Part shown: one piece after another, positions 24,660 to 38,400 of the stretch
Numbering within the stretch: position 1 is the first letter of the stretch
How the letters are laid out: each line of letters begins with the position of its first letter
Source: Antedon mediterranea
Lineage: Eukaryota; Animalia; Echinodermata
Direction: 5' to 3'
Assembly (NCBI RefSeq): GCF_964355755.1
Contig: NC_092673.1
Location: 7,254,001 to 7,318,000 of the forward strand
DNA: 64,000 bases
Program-made: the position numbers and the translations under genes
Notes under the pieces: generated by a model
The model's database searches: none
What the model was told of the DNA's origin: nothing
Seen by the model: the letters and a program-made list of their open reading frames with translations, nothing else

Positions 24660-25334
24660 TACCTATGTATTGTAGGTAGGTATGTATATCTCGGTTTACA
24701 ACTAGACAATTTAGAATATCTCTTATGTCTATCAAATTTATATAGTATACTGTATACGGTTTATAGTTTAAAGTATTTGTTTACATTTCAATTTTTCAGA
24801 ATTTCAGAATTACAAAATTATTGTCTTTGTGAAAATGCTTTTATTGTCGTTACAACCTCAACCTACTCTGTGGCTATGTTAAACAAATCAAAGTATTTGT
24901 CCTCTGTATTTAAATCATTCATGAAATATAACCACTTGTTGGATATTAAATATAACCACTTGTTGGATATTAAATATTTTGTAGATTCTCAATCATAGAG
25001 GAAAGTACAGAATATTTTTGTTTTATATTATAATATATTGTGCATTTTAAAATTTCAACAAAATCAGCAGTGAAGCTATTAACGTCGCTTTTTGTCAAAT
25101 CTGCATTATTGCGCTGCCACTAAAATATCATTGTTATAACTTATTGCATAATACAGCCGTAAGATATAATATGTATATATATTATATTGCATCTTTTAAA
25201 TATTTCAATTATTGTTAATAAATATGTTTAATGAAATTATGCCCTATAGGAAATCCAAATACACAATATCTGTAAAGATATTAATTTAGATAAAGAACAA
25301 ATTGAGTGTAGTACTTAATATGCAGGTTGCTATT

Positions 25335-25340
25335 AATAAA
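25335..25340 (+). terminator. Candidate polyadenylation signal of the Munc18 gene (3' UTR up to ~3.1 kb)
   Basis: AATAAA followed by a GT/T-rich tract, ending a long AT-rich stretch just before the next promoter-like region; alternative AATAAA at 25217. Confidence 0.4.
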
Positions 25341-25879
25341 TGTAGGTCATTGAATTTTGTTCTTTTTTTTTATATTGTATTCATTCGCATATCACAACAT
25401 AATTATGCTGATATACAATTGGCGTAGGGCCTGTTTGATTGAGATTTAATTTGATTTTTCTGACGTTCCAGATGCCAATTTGGCTGGTAAAAAGGCATGT
25501 AATTTTTATTGTAAATTTAATTTTGTTTCCAATTTTTTTACAGAATATGACCTTTTTTTTCAAATAGAAAAAAAAATTATGTGGCCTCAAATTTTGATGA
25601 GCGAGTGTATTTAAAAATGTTTTATTCGACCTAATTAGCCACACTACAATAATAATATTACAGTATTGATAACATGCCTATCATGATTTGGTTTCATTTT
25701 TTCAATTACAATTCCTTGTATTGAATTGAGTTATTGAATCAAGTAATATTGATGTCTATGTTATTTCTAAATTTTATAAATCAAAAACTTTAAAACATTG
25801 CAAACTTAGTATAAAAATACAATGATTCGCCTATTTATCAATCCACACTCTATATCAAATAGTGTGTTTGACTATATCA

Positions 25880-26047
25880 AGGATACCGCCCCCACATTTG
25901 AAATCGTGACCAAAAAAATGACACAATCGATCGAATTGCAATTGCATTGAACTTTTCACGGACGATCGACGACAGGCAGCCGGGGAAGATATTAGAGAAT
26001 TTGTTTGTCTTTAAAATTGTTACCACCAGGTTGTTTTAATTGTAAGT
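25880..26047 (+). promoter_or_regulatory. Probable promoter and non-coding first exon (ending at 26041) of the EGF-7TM-RING-CH gene
   Basis: Locally CpG-rich with a GC box (CCGCCCCC); donor T|GTAAGT at 26042; the first coding exon (from 32314) has an acceptor upstream of its ATG. Confidence 0.45.
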
Positions 26048-27760
26048 TATGGTATTTTATGAATCTATTTATGTAATACTTTTAATGCAAACATATAACA
26101 TTTTTACCTTGTTGAAGAGGCACGGACGCCATTGATAAACAAAAAGGTCACACTCCGTGTGATCTGACTGAGTGAGCAACCAGGAAGCCTACTAGCTAGG
26201 CCTAGGGCCCAACCTGGTGAATCTAACTGCCGAGGCTAGCAGGAGACTAGGCCTAGGTATGTTTTAGAACATTATAAACGGAACACTATTAATGTTAGGC
26301 CTAAACATACACACACCAGACCTAGTTGGCATTTGATATATACATCTAAATCTAGTATCTATGATATCTGCCTAGGCCTACCTACTAAAGTACTAGGCCT
26401 AGACTGGTAACTAGCTAGAGACCTCTTTTCGGTCTAATCTTTACCCAGTAGGTAGGTCCTAATATCGCCAGTTTTAAGCCTGTTTTCCTGTCGTTCGTTA
26501 AGTTGCGTTGAGTTGCGTTAGGTTGCATTGAATGGCTAGATTCGATTTTACAGGAAAAGAGGGTAAAAAATCAATGTTACAAATCGTTGAAATCGTTAAA
26601 GTTGAAACCAGTTCAACCTTAACGTTACGATCTTTAAAACTGACCAATCAAATGGTCCACAGATTACGTCATTGCAGTTTGTGAAAAAATAGGTACGCGC
26701 TGACAAATTTTTACAACGCAACAATGTTTTTCACCTTTTTTGTACACTTTTAAGGTCTAATATTAAAAAAAAACAAGTGCATGTCAAATTAAATTATAAT
26801 ATTAAATGTCTTAATTAAGATATCAACGAAAGCATGTCCTAGGCTGGGTTGAAGCATCAAAACCTGTAACTTTTTCAATTTTCACGCGGGCCCGGCTGCG
26901 CATGGCCGGCCTTGGTTTTGTAATACTTAACGTCCGCGTGTCCCAGCAACGACTTGAGGTAACCAAGTTACTAGAAACAAGTTAAAATCGGTTAAAATAT
27001 TGTTAAACTTTTCATTGTCACAACACGTCAACAACAAAAACATCACTTATCACAGATGGCGGTCTTCATTTTCAGTTTTTTTATATTAAAAAATTAATAA
27101 AACGTACAATTAAATTAATTAAATATCACAATAACATTATATATTATTTAATGCTATTGTTACTAGTTAGCCATGTACCTACTGGCCGATACTGGCATGA
27201 CCCGAGACCTTTAGTAGGAGGCTACTAATTGAAAATTAATGCATATGTGTGAGCTGTACAGTAGGCCTATGTTTAATTGACGGATCTCAAAACTCAGCAA
27301 AATATTAACGTGATAATTCTTTTTTCTCAGATTTTTCACTAGATACCTTTCAAATGTAGGCTGTTGAAACACAATATTCCAAGTAATGATAACGTAAGTA
27401 GAAAAGAAAAGAATCTAGACATCTTTGTTTGGCAAAGGTGGAGGTAATCATTCTCCACAGGGCTGTCATGAGTTTTTTTACTCAACCTAATTAATTTCAG
27501 CGTCACACAACCAAGAAATCGATAAGTTACAGACCCTTACTGTACTTTTCGTTTTGGCAGTGTATTATCAGTACTACAAATGTCTTCTTATAAACCTTTT
27601 TTAAAATATGGTGCTACTGCATTTTCATACCCACTGTACCTACTACTAGATAATCTTAGGATTAAGTTCAGTTAAGAAATTGCAGTATTTAATTAAACGT
27701 TTTCTAAAGAAATTACATGTATTATTTCAGTAGATTTCTTATTTTTATTTCATATAATCG

Positions 27761-28417
27761 CAGCCCACGAAATTCAGAAAAAAGAAGGTCGGCAAAAAAT
27801 TGCCGACCTTAAATTCGCCAAGGTCGGCAGTCTCGGCAGTTCTAAAAATAGAAAATTCACCCCAACCAAGGCCTAAACCTCTTGCTAACCTAAAAGGCCT
27901 AGCTAGGCCTAGCCTCCCTAGCTATATGTTATGCAAAAAGAACTAGCAAAATTAACTAAAATATAAAAACCTAACACTAAAATCTACAAGATAAATTCTA
28001 TTTGATAATTAATTGCTGAACATCATGGTTCTGGAGCTAGCCGTACACAGAGCATAGTTGCTTGCTTGGCATGACAGGGTATTCCCCTACACAGGTCTGT
28101 GGCGCGCAGCGCTGTGCCCAGCAGCCAGCTTGGTTGATAGGAAAGCATGCAGCTCACACACAAAATGATGTAATGGTTGAGTGAATTCAGGGATCATCTT
28201 AATTCCATGGTTTGTTAACTAAACACAACATGGTGGTGAATATGCCTGTTAAAATTTCAATGATACGATCCCTTAAAGTACCATGTTGTTGCTAGGAGGC
28301 TTGAAAGGAGGGATCTAGCCTAGTTTCTAGGTCGGCAATCTCTTGCCGTCCTCTGACAATTTAAGGTCGGCAATAAGGTCGGCAATTGCCGATTGCCGAC
28401 GTGAAATTCGTGGGCTG
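27761..28417. mobile_element. Non-autonomous DNA transposon (657 bp) with TIRs, TSD and subterminal repeats
   Basis: TIR CAGCCCACGAA...TTCGTGGGCTG; TAATCG duplicated on both flanks; multiple GTCGGCA/TGCCGAC motifs near both ends. Confidence 0.85.
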
Positions 28418-29382
28418 TAATCGGCAAAAGGCATTTGAATCATCAAGACTACTTACATGATCTTTTTAGCGATTATTTTCCCTTTTCACCTTCACAATAC
28501 ATTCACTATTTTACAATTAAATAATTAACAAGTTGAAATCAGGTTTGAGTAGTGTAAAAATAATGTAGAGTGCTGTTTGATAGTGTGAACTACCAAAGTT
28601 GTAACATGCGCGTAACACCCCAAGTATAAATGAAAGGCCCGAAGTCTGTTTTTTTTTTCTAACTAAATATTATAGTCGGTCAAAAGAGGGAGAGCATGGC
28701 TAAGCGCAACCAGGGTGTCATTACCAAACTTTTGCTAGGCAATGTGAAAAAGGGAGGAGATAGGTTTTTAAATTTATTTTTTTCAGTTGTACTGTAGGTT
28801 ATTTCTTTGTGTTGAATATTTCAAGTCTTTAAAAAATATTTGAAGAGATATAAAGGAATACCGATGATAATGTTCTGGACTTAATTATTCTTTTTTTTTT
28901 AGAATAGTTTTTTTTATGCTTTATGGTAAAATCACTTTTTTTTTTAAACTATGTAACTATAGCTCCACATTTTTGCTTTTTGAGTAAGTACTATAGTAGT
29001 GAATTAATAACAATAATACTGTAGATTACTATTATTATTATGCTATACTTGTGACTATGATAGTAGTAATGAAATATTATGGTGTACTGTTGTTCATTCA
29101 AAAAGGTGTACTTTGAACCATATTAATAGATTACACATCTATCTTATCAGGCAGATGATGATAGTTATCCCTTATAATAACACCGCGTGATCACCCCACA
29201 CCATGCTTACAAATTAATGAACGTGCAGCATTACTCACACCAAATTATACCCTGCTCAGTACTGATTTGATACAGTGTGCCAATACTGCCATGCTACTTT
29301 ACTGAGATACTCAAGAAGTTATCTTAAGTATCACTTATTACTAATTACAGTACTGTAGTGCTCATTTAATGAAAATATGGAA

Positions 29383-30120
29383 CATTGTGCCACTTTCCAT
29401 AGAAGGCCTACTGTAGTATCACTTTCCTACAGTAATAATAGTAGTGTGCCACTTTGCTTAGCATTGTGCCACTTTCCTTAGTAGTATGCCACTTTCCATA
29501 GTACAGTAGTGTTCCACTTTTCTTAGCATTGTGCCACTTTCCTTAGTAGTAGTGTGCCACTTTCCAGTATTGTGTGCCACTTTCCATAGATTAGTAGTAT
29601 CACTTTCCTTATAATAGTAGTGTGCCACTTTTCTTAGCATTGTGCAACTTTCCTTAGTAGTAGTGTGCCACTTTCCAGTATTGTGTGCCACTTTCCATAG
29701 ATTAGTAGTATCACTTTCCTTATAATAGTAGTGTGCCACTTTTCTTAGCATTGTGCCACTTTCCTTAGTAGTAATGTGCCACTTTCCAGTATTGTGTGCC
29801 ACTTTCCATAGATTAGTAGTATCACTTTCCTTATAATAGTAGTGTGCCACTTTTCTTAGCATTTTGCCACTTTCCTTAGTAGTAATGTGCCACTTTCCAG
29901 TATTGTGTGCCACTTTCCATAGATTAGTAGTATCACTTTCCTTATAATAGTAGTGTGCCACTTTTCTTAGCATTGTGCAACGTTCCTTAGTTAGTAATGT
30001 GCCACTTTCCAGTATTGTGTGTCACTTTCCATAGTAGTATTACTTTCCTAATAATAGTAGTGTGCCACTTTGCTTAGTAGTTGGCCACTTTTTTTTACTG
30101 TAATTTATTGTGCCATTTTC
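29383..30120. repeat. Minisatellite with a 111-bp higher-order unit built from ~17-21-bp GTGCCACTTTCC subunits
   Basis: TTTTCTTAGCATT recurs at ~29519, 29629, 29740, 29851, 29962. Confidence 0.95.
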
Positions 30121-31748
30121 TACTATATTGTTTGAAACTCAATCATTAATCTTTTTTATTCTTTTCTAAAAACATTTTTCTGTTGATTGTTCAGAACATA
30201 GAGGCGCCCTGCATTTTGTGCTATTTTATGAACTTATTATTTTATTTATGCTATTGTTCTTGTACAGTAATGTCCTTCTACTAGTAGAAGAAGTACAACT
30301 ACTTGCTATACAGTAGTACCATGACCTTACTAACCATTAAATAATATGTACAGAAGAAGGAAAAAACACACATTATAACTTTCTATACATGAACTTCTTT
30401 TTCAATCATTTTACATTGTTTTTTTTTTACATTCACTTTAGTCCATGGAAACCAATCATCTTGTAATGAGTAAGATTTTATTCATTTTTTTAAAGCTTGC
30501 ATTTTTGTTTTCTTTTTTAGGGGAATCCCACTTTCATTTCCACTTTCAATTTATAATATACAGTAGGTAAAATCAGTGAATACAAATGTTTCTATTTAAA
30601 AAATATTAGAACTTAAACAAGAACTTACACTTTAAGTCAATCTCAATCATTTTTCTTTCACATTAGCCCATTTCTTTTTTTGCTATTAAATTGCTAAAAA
30701 TCGTCCCAAACCACTGTTTATTTTTGTATACTTTTCTGAAGAATTAATTAAATAATAATACATGATTTATATATTTTTTTCATGATGACTTTTGCATGCT
30801 TTAGTTCCTTCAACCTTTACAATCCTTTTCTACTGGAAACATTTTACTGACGCAATGTTGCTTTTTTTTACTTTTAAGCTTGCTTAGCAAATTAGTCTTT
30901 TTTTTTTGTCTTTTGTTTCATTTAAATAGTACCTATTCCCAAATCTTAACTGATCATTTCCTTTACACAAACCTATTTGTGGAAAACAATACATTCATAT
31001 GGTTTTTGCAATGCAGGAATAACCTCTATTTTTACAGATAAGACTATTGACACAGTCAATTGTATGTCTAATGCCGTGTTTTGCATCCACAACAACTATG
31101 CTCCTTCATTTTGTTGTCTTATTGGCACAGAAATCTACTGTAGGCCCAATGCTGATAGAAAACGTTAGATGCATCATTAACCATGCCAATATAAAATAAT
31201 TGCATAAACTGTTAAACATTTATGCCATTCGCAGGGTTGGCTGTGCCGATAGTCACAAATCCTATGTTAGTAATTACCATGTATTAATATAATCACAATT
31301 GATTGTAATAAAAGATTTGTTGAACTTTAACTCTATTTTAATACATACCACAACAGGACCAAAATGTTGTGGATGATCCGAAATTAAAATTTTAACTCAC
31401 TCAGCAGTGAGTTTTAATGATCAATGCTTCTGCAGATTTGCGCTTCTGTACTGTTTCAAATGTTGTTGCAAATTACTGTACGACTTTTAAACAGAATTTT
31501 TCATTATCGTGATTTCATTTCATGTCGCAGTTTAATTATTTCAAACATCTGAAAATGAAAATTTCAAATTGTTCATTGTTGAGGTTTTTATGAAACAGAT
31601 GGTTTTTTAAATGAGTAATTAAAAATGTAAAAAAAATGGAATTATTAATATTTAAAGAAGATGAATTTAATTCAGTCACAGTTTTAGTTTAATTGACTGA
31701 CTGAATGACTTGAATGACTTTAGTCTGTGTTAAAACTATTTACAGTAA

Positions 31749-31898
31749 AGCGTGGTTCCCACTAGCGACGAATTGACCAATCACAAGCGATGGCTTATTC
31801 GCTTGTGATTGCTAACTGTCTATAACTTCGCTTGTCATTGGTTAAAATGCTTGCGTTGCGTTTACGTCCTTGCGTTACGTTCTAGTGGGAACCAAGCT
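31749..31898. mobile_element. PIF/Harbinger-type MITE family A, internally deleted copy
   Basis: Same TIRs and interior as 4252-4433, TAA flanks, lacks ~30 bp after the left TIR. Confidence 0.85.
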
Positions 31899-32323
31899 TA
31901 AGTAAGATAGAAAATCTAACATTAAAGTGTGTGTATAATAATAAAGGTTGTTAACAAGACAATTTTTGGCAATTTTTTTCTCAACTCCAGATACTGTGTG
32001 AATTGAAAATATGAACAGAAACTGAATTGAAGTAATAGATTTAATATACTAACTATACATCTGTACATTGCTTAGTGTAAATATTGTGTTTAATACCAAT
32101 TGTGTTTAAGCATTTAACAACATTAATTTGGTGTACAACGTTGTTTGCACCGTATTCAAATGAGCTGTTTTATACTCAACCATTTTACGATATCAGTAAA
32201 TCTGTAATTTACAATTACACTTGACAAATTTCCCTAATGAAATCTATTATTAATATTATAATAAAACAAATGTAGTGAAAACTAATGAAATATTTATTTT
32301 AATTTGTTCATAGGGTCTCAAGA

Positions 32324-32437
32324 ATGTGGGAGACAATGGATGCCTTAATGGCAGTATTCACTACAGATAATACATCAGGTTGTCCAACGAATTGCTCTGG
32401 TCATGGAGATTGCTTAGACGGCGCATGTATTTGCATG
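32324..32437 (+). CDS. EGF-7TM-RING-CH coding exon 1 (EGF N-part)
   Basis: MWETMDALMAVFTTDNTSGCPTNCSGHGDCLDGACICM; acceptor before 32314, donor GTAAGT. Confidence 0.88.
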
Positions 32438-35400
32438 GTAAGTGACCTAGTGCCATTATGCACAGTGTAAATGTAATTTATATCGCCCAGCGAAAGTACA
32501 GTAAATAAATTGTGTAAATACAGTAGTATAGTATGGTAAACGTATACTCTTTCGTATGCGTACAGTACAGTAGGCCTACAATTGAGAAGTGGGTGAGAAA
32601 GTTGTCATCGAAAGTAATAAGTCTTCGTTTTTTCAAATTTGCATATATTATTTTTACCGTTGCACATTATTATTCATATTTATACATTGTCCATATTGCA
32701 TCTTTTCATTGAATTTGTATCCAAATCTTGGCTCTACAAAAATACAGATATTTACTTGCACATACTGTAGAACACAATGCATGCAGTAACTAATGGAAGT
32801 TGTAATGTTATAGTAATACGCTCTGCCTTATATTGAATTATTACTGTAGAATATCAATGTTACTGTACATCATCGGTGGCTGTGTTTACGATGAAGATTG
32901 TTATAAAACTACTGCACTGTACGTACCTACAGTACAGTAGTAGTACAGTACTTTAGCAGCCCGGCCACAATGCTTCAATCAATATCTTGATTTTCTAGGC
33001 TTACATTAGGATATTCGCCAGCAAATAAAATGAGAATGCTATAGGCAATAAGACAAAATGAAATACACAGAGATTTTCAAAATACATTTATATTTATTTA
33101 GTTAAAATTGATTAACTTTAAAAAAATTTTAGTTTAAACTGAAGAAGCATTCTAATGGGTTTTATCTGTACATTAAAAAAAATGAAATTAAGTAAACACA
33201 TGCATTGAATTTGTATTATGCACATGACATTGTGTATTTGTTTATTATTTCACCATAACCACTTGGTATTGGCTCTTGGCCAGTAAATGTATTTTTCGCC
33301 TACAGAGACGCCTGGCTGGCAGGCCATTTTAATAATTTAAATACTTAATTTTACTGTACATGACTTTTTTTTCTGTACTTTGAACTACTGTAAGAAGTCT
33401 GTTTACATTATTTATTTATTTTTATGTTCCTCCTACTCAAATAATTGAGGCTAACTTGTTTAACAACCACTGTATAGATACCATTTTTATTTTATGGATT
33501 AACATACTGTAGGTTAACCAGGGAGTTGTAAAATAAGAACTCCCTAGGGCCCTGTTTCTGCTGCCAAGAAAATACTGTATTTTATACGGTATTTTTTGAA
33601 TACCGTATATATTTATATACCGTATTTTTTTGGCAGCAGAAACTGCGCTCATAAAAAAAATACCGTATTTTGTATACCGTATTTTCCCCACAAAATTTGT
33701 GGATAAAATACGGTATTTACAATAAAAAATACCGTATTTTTTTTTACCTGTGACATGAGGTCAACATCGTGCTTTTATTTTCTGTCGCTGTCAGCTGTTT
33801 TACACACGTGTATAGATATATTCGGCGAAAATGTGGAGCAAAGACGTCACAGTATAAATCTGTGTGGGGAAAGAGGGGGTGGGGAAGCTAAAAGGTAATA
33901 AAAGGGACAACCACATTTATAAAGACATTTTTAAAAATAAAGCAGCAGGAGTACAAAATAGACTTGTCTCCAAAGCAAGTAAATTCAAAGCTGAAGAGCC
34001 TGCGAAGCAGTGCAACATTGCAAAAGACAATAACTCGGGGAGGGAACCAATTACTTGTCCCCATTACAATGTTTTCTGTGCTCTCACAACATCTCTATCA
34101 CTAGGGCTAGGCTGTTGAAAGTGAGACGTAAAACTTCCTTTATTGCGACTTTTAATTATCGACCAAATAAATGAATGGCAATTTGGATAAAAAGGATGAA
34201 ATTTAACACGACCACCCAAGAAGTATTGTTAGCAGAAACGGGGTACTAAAAAATACGGTATCAAAAATACCGTATTTTTATACTGTATTTTGAGCAGTTG
34301 CAGCAGAAACAGGCCCTAGGTTACATTATTATTTTTTATTCTTTTGTATGTTTTGTGGTTCACCAATTTAGTACTTAATAAAAGGAAATGGTCAATATCT
34401 TTGACTTACTGTATACCATCTCCTCTTTAATGCAATTCTCAGTATTAATCAGTTCTTAACAAAAACCAAAGTGTTCATTGTACTTGTAGGAAATTGATGG
34501 TAATAAAACTAAACATATTTAACTATACACAGTAGATTATAACTCCTCCAAGAGAACCTTTCCTTTAAGACACATCTACTAAGAGAATACTTTCCTGTTC
34601 AAAGAACAAAGGGAAGACAAATTACTTTTTTGGGGTCCTGAAGTACAGTATCCCCATAATACTAATAGTGGTTAGTGTATTTACTGTGCACTCTTTGTAT
34701 GTACAGCAGTACTGATTTGATGGTAATTCATTTGTCACAAAAGGTAACATGTCTAGTGCAGTACCCACTGTACAATAGTCATCAGTTTAGTGGGTTAAAA
34801 TAAACAATCTTGCCTAAACTCTTGTGTATTAAAAGGTAGCATGCATTATTATTTTGAGATCTTGTTATATTTTCAATAATTATTGAAAAGATTGCCATTG
34901 AAGCAGAATAAGATGATTGTGGTTAATACATTATGTTAAAAGTTCACTCTTTTATAATAAAATAAAAACCCACAATCAACGACAACAGCAGATCTAACCC
35001 TTTGGTGAATGTTTTTTTGTGTTCTTTCTCAAACCACTCAATGATATCATGATTGCTTTTTCACTCTCAGACTATGAATTGAAAGAGATTATTTCTAAAA
35101 AATAAACACATGTCATTATTTACAGTAATTTTTTTAGGTAGTTTGAAAAATTATTTTTATCTTTTAGGTTCAATACAAAGGAGGTGAATGTGAAAATGTT
35201 AACAGAGGTTATTTCATTTCCTTTGGTTTTATTTTCTTTTGTCTCTGCTTAATTTCCACAGTTCAACTGGTAAGTGTATTAATCATTTTACTTGCATCCA
35301 ACAGCGTTGATGCCAATTACACAATATAACATAAACAAACATAAGAATACAAAAGATGTCGATAGCAACTACAACAATGCATAAACCGTACAAAATATAA

Positions 35401-38400
35401 ATACATTAAAATCTCAATACAGTGAGGACCCAACAAAGCCCAGAGGGGAAGCAGGTTTAGATAATTTCAATGCAAAATATATGGCATAATGTTAAGTTTT
35501 GGCACCTAATTTTTCGGATGGGTTTAACTGAAAATGTCAAATATAAATTTATTTTCACAATAAAAAAAAATCATACAGATATATATATATATATAAATTT
35601 ATGTAAGGGCAAAATTTGGTAAATCGCGCATTACTTAATTAATTTTTACTCGATTGGTATTTAAAGTTGGTTTGTTCGTTCGGTACTGATTTTAACCACC
35701 TAACATAACCCTAATTAAATGGAGTTAGATAATTAGTTATTTATTGACAATTAAAAACTGGTACAATCGCTTCGCTCGTGTATCATCTAGTAATAAGTGC
35801 AAAATTTGGTAAATCGCCCATTACTTAATTACTTTTTACTCGATTGTATATAAAGTTGGTTCATACGTTCGGTACTGATTTTAACCACCTAACATAACCC
35901 TGTTTACTACTTAAATTGAGTTAGATAATTAGTTATTTATTGACAATTAAAAACTGGTACTCTTGCTTCGCTTGTGTACCATCTAGTAATAAATAATATA
36001 ACAAAATTGTTGTGCTGAAAGATAAGGTTAGGTCACACATTACAAACAATTATTTTAGATTCGTAATAGTGTCTATTCCTTCCGCAGTAGTTCAGAGTAA
36101 TGAAATAGGACAGCCCTGGTATAGTCATAGTAGTAGTTCAAAGACCTGCAGTAATGCCACCACTCAATGTTACACCTTATTCTCATTAAGAGTGCAATAT
36201 TAAAAAACCAACCAAACACTCTGTCTTCATCCTATACCTACTGTATTAATAGCTATAGTGATAGAGAATTCTCACCTTTCATTCCCATGCCAGTTAAAAG
36301 TACATCAACTATGTTAAAGTTCATTTAGTGTTCAAGGGCTAAAAACCAATAAATTTGGCTTCATGTTCATTGTTATAAAGAGGCATGTTAGTATTTCTTT
36401 GTTCCAATCAAACAAAAGAATACACTGGTAGATAATAAATTTAAGATATTTTTAAACAAATATTAATAATAACGCTTTATTGTAAGACTATTCTATTCCC
36501 TGACTTTTGTGCACAATTTTTCAATTTGCACGTCCACATGTCAACTGATACCATATGACATAATTTCTATGATGCACATGCGAACGTCAACTGCCAAATT
36601 TGAAAACTGGACTAAAAAGTGGACCTATGACATCATAAACCAACATCCCTGTTTTGTTGTGTAACAGTTAGATACTGTAGAACCAAATAAAATAGTTGAA
36701 TACAGTTTACTGTACCTGTACAGTATTTATAAAGTAACAGTACTCGGCTGGTATACAGTATGACACTTAAACTGAGGTGGTGCATACAAAGTACAATTCA
36801 TATACAAAGGTAATAAACATATGTGGTATAATAAAATTCATTAAAATCTGCAACAGACAATATTACATTAGTTAGCTGATAACATCTGAAATCGTTTTCT
36901 TCTATCTTCATAATGCTATAATATAAAACTTGATGTAAATTAGGTCAAGTTAAAGGAAGCAATGTAAAGAGTAACGATCATTTGATTAAATCCCTTTAAT
37001 GATTTTACCATGGTAAAACAGCTTTAAAAAGCCATGATGTACAGTATTCAATGCCTTATGCAAAACAGACACTTCCTTTTACTATATTTCCCCATATTGT
37101 AAACCAATCTGTAATGTGCAGTAGAACACCTCATTTGAGACACTACTATTCAGGGGACCCATTCCCATGAAACAAACGAGGATGAATTATGTTTTAACAA
37201 TACAGCAAACCCCTATTAAAACCCTACCTTTGGGGCACTCCTATTAATGGAACAGTTAATATATGTTTGAACACTATGGCCAATCCCTATTTACACTTTT
37301 GTGTACATAATTACTCTTTAAAAGATATTTTCACAATGACCGTTTTTTTATGTATTATTCAAACTGAATGAAGAAAAAATGCAATCTAAAGCTTTTAAGT
37401 TATAAAATATATGGCCTGCTATGATTGTTATCTTTTAATGGTATTTAAAATAAATGTCAAAGTATACATAGTATGTACTAAGTGAACGTTGACACATGAA
37501 TGTCCGTATAAAAAGAATTAAGGCAGTACAGTATAAAAACTATTTTTCAATCATTAATTACCCTCTATCAACAGTTTATAATTGAGCAATTTCATACCTG
37601 AAAGTATTGGTAATTTGTCATTTGTTACAAAACAGGAAAATCAATACATCTTATACAGTATAAATCAGACAGAAGTTTTACTGCTGAGTTGATAAAACTA
37701 CTACTATACTGTGTCATGTCAAACAAACATAGATGGTTCTCTGCAAATGACAACACATGCCAGTATCATTTAGTGCATTAAATCTTATTCAAGCAAATTT
37801 AAAGTATTACAATCACTCCAGAAGAAGCTCAATAAATACAATATTTACAAATATCATAAAATGTAAAAAAGCAAAAATTTATATATACAGCATGTTATTG
37901 TTACGCATAAATTCAAAATAAAAAACAATCTTCTCAAACTATGTGTAAATAAATATACTACAGACAGACTAGTGTAATAATTTAGATTACCAAAGCAAAT
38001 GATTATTACTTGTACTGTAAAATATGTAATTTATTTTCTTTTATAGATTTTGTGCATCAAAGCAGAGTATGAAAGATCCAAAAATCGGTCACTCGCCAGT
38101 GCTTGTCGTGTTACAACGCAGAAATTGTTGTATCTCATTGTAATGATAGCGACATTAAGTCGTGGTCTATTCTTTAGCTTACAGGTAAGATTTTGTGTCA
38201 TTTAAATAATTTCCGTGCCCTTTTAGAAAAGGGTTCCTCTTTTAGAAAAGGGTTCCTCTTCTCCAATTTGGAAAAGTCTTCACCTATCACAAGAACAATA
38301 AATAAACCAGGAAGGTTATACCTCCCTGAATAGACATTCATATACCAGAACTGTTTTAAGCAGTGGCATAAGGCAGAGAGAAAATGCCCCTAGATTAGCA

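Noticed and set aside
29458-29973. 171-aa repeat protein ORF
   Set aside because: Arises from a 111-bp tandem repeat whose length is a multiple of three; no promoter or splice support.
33864-34118. 84-aa ORF inside MITE family C as a transposase remnant
   Set aside because: No recognisable DDE or DNA-binding motif; GTG start.
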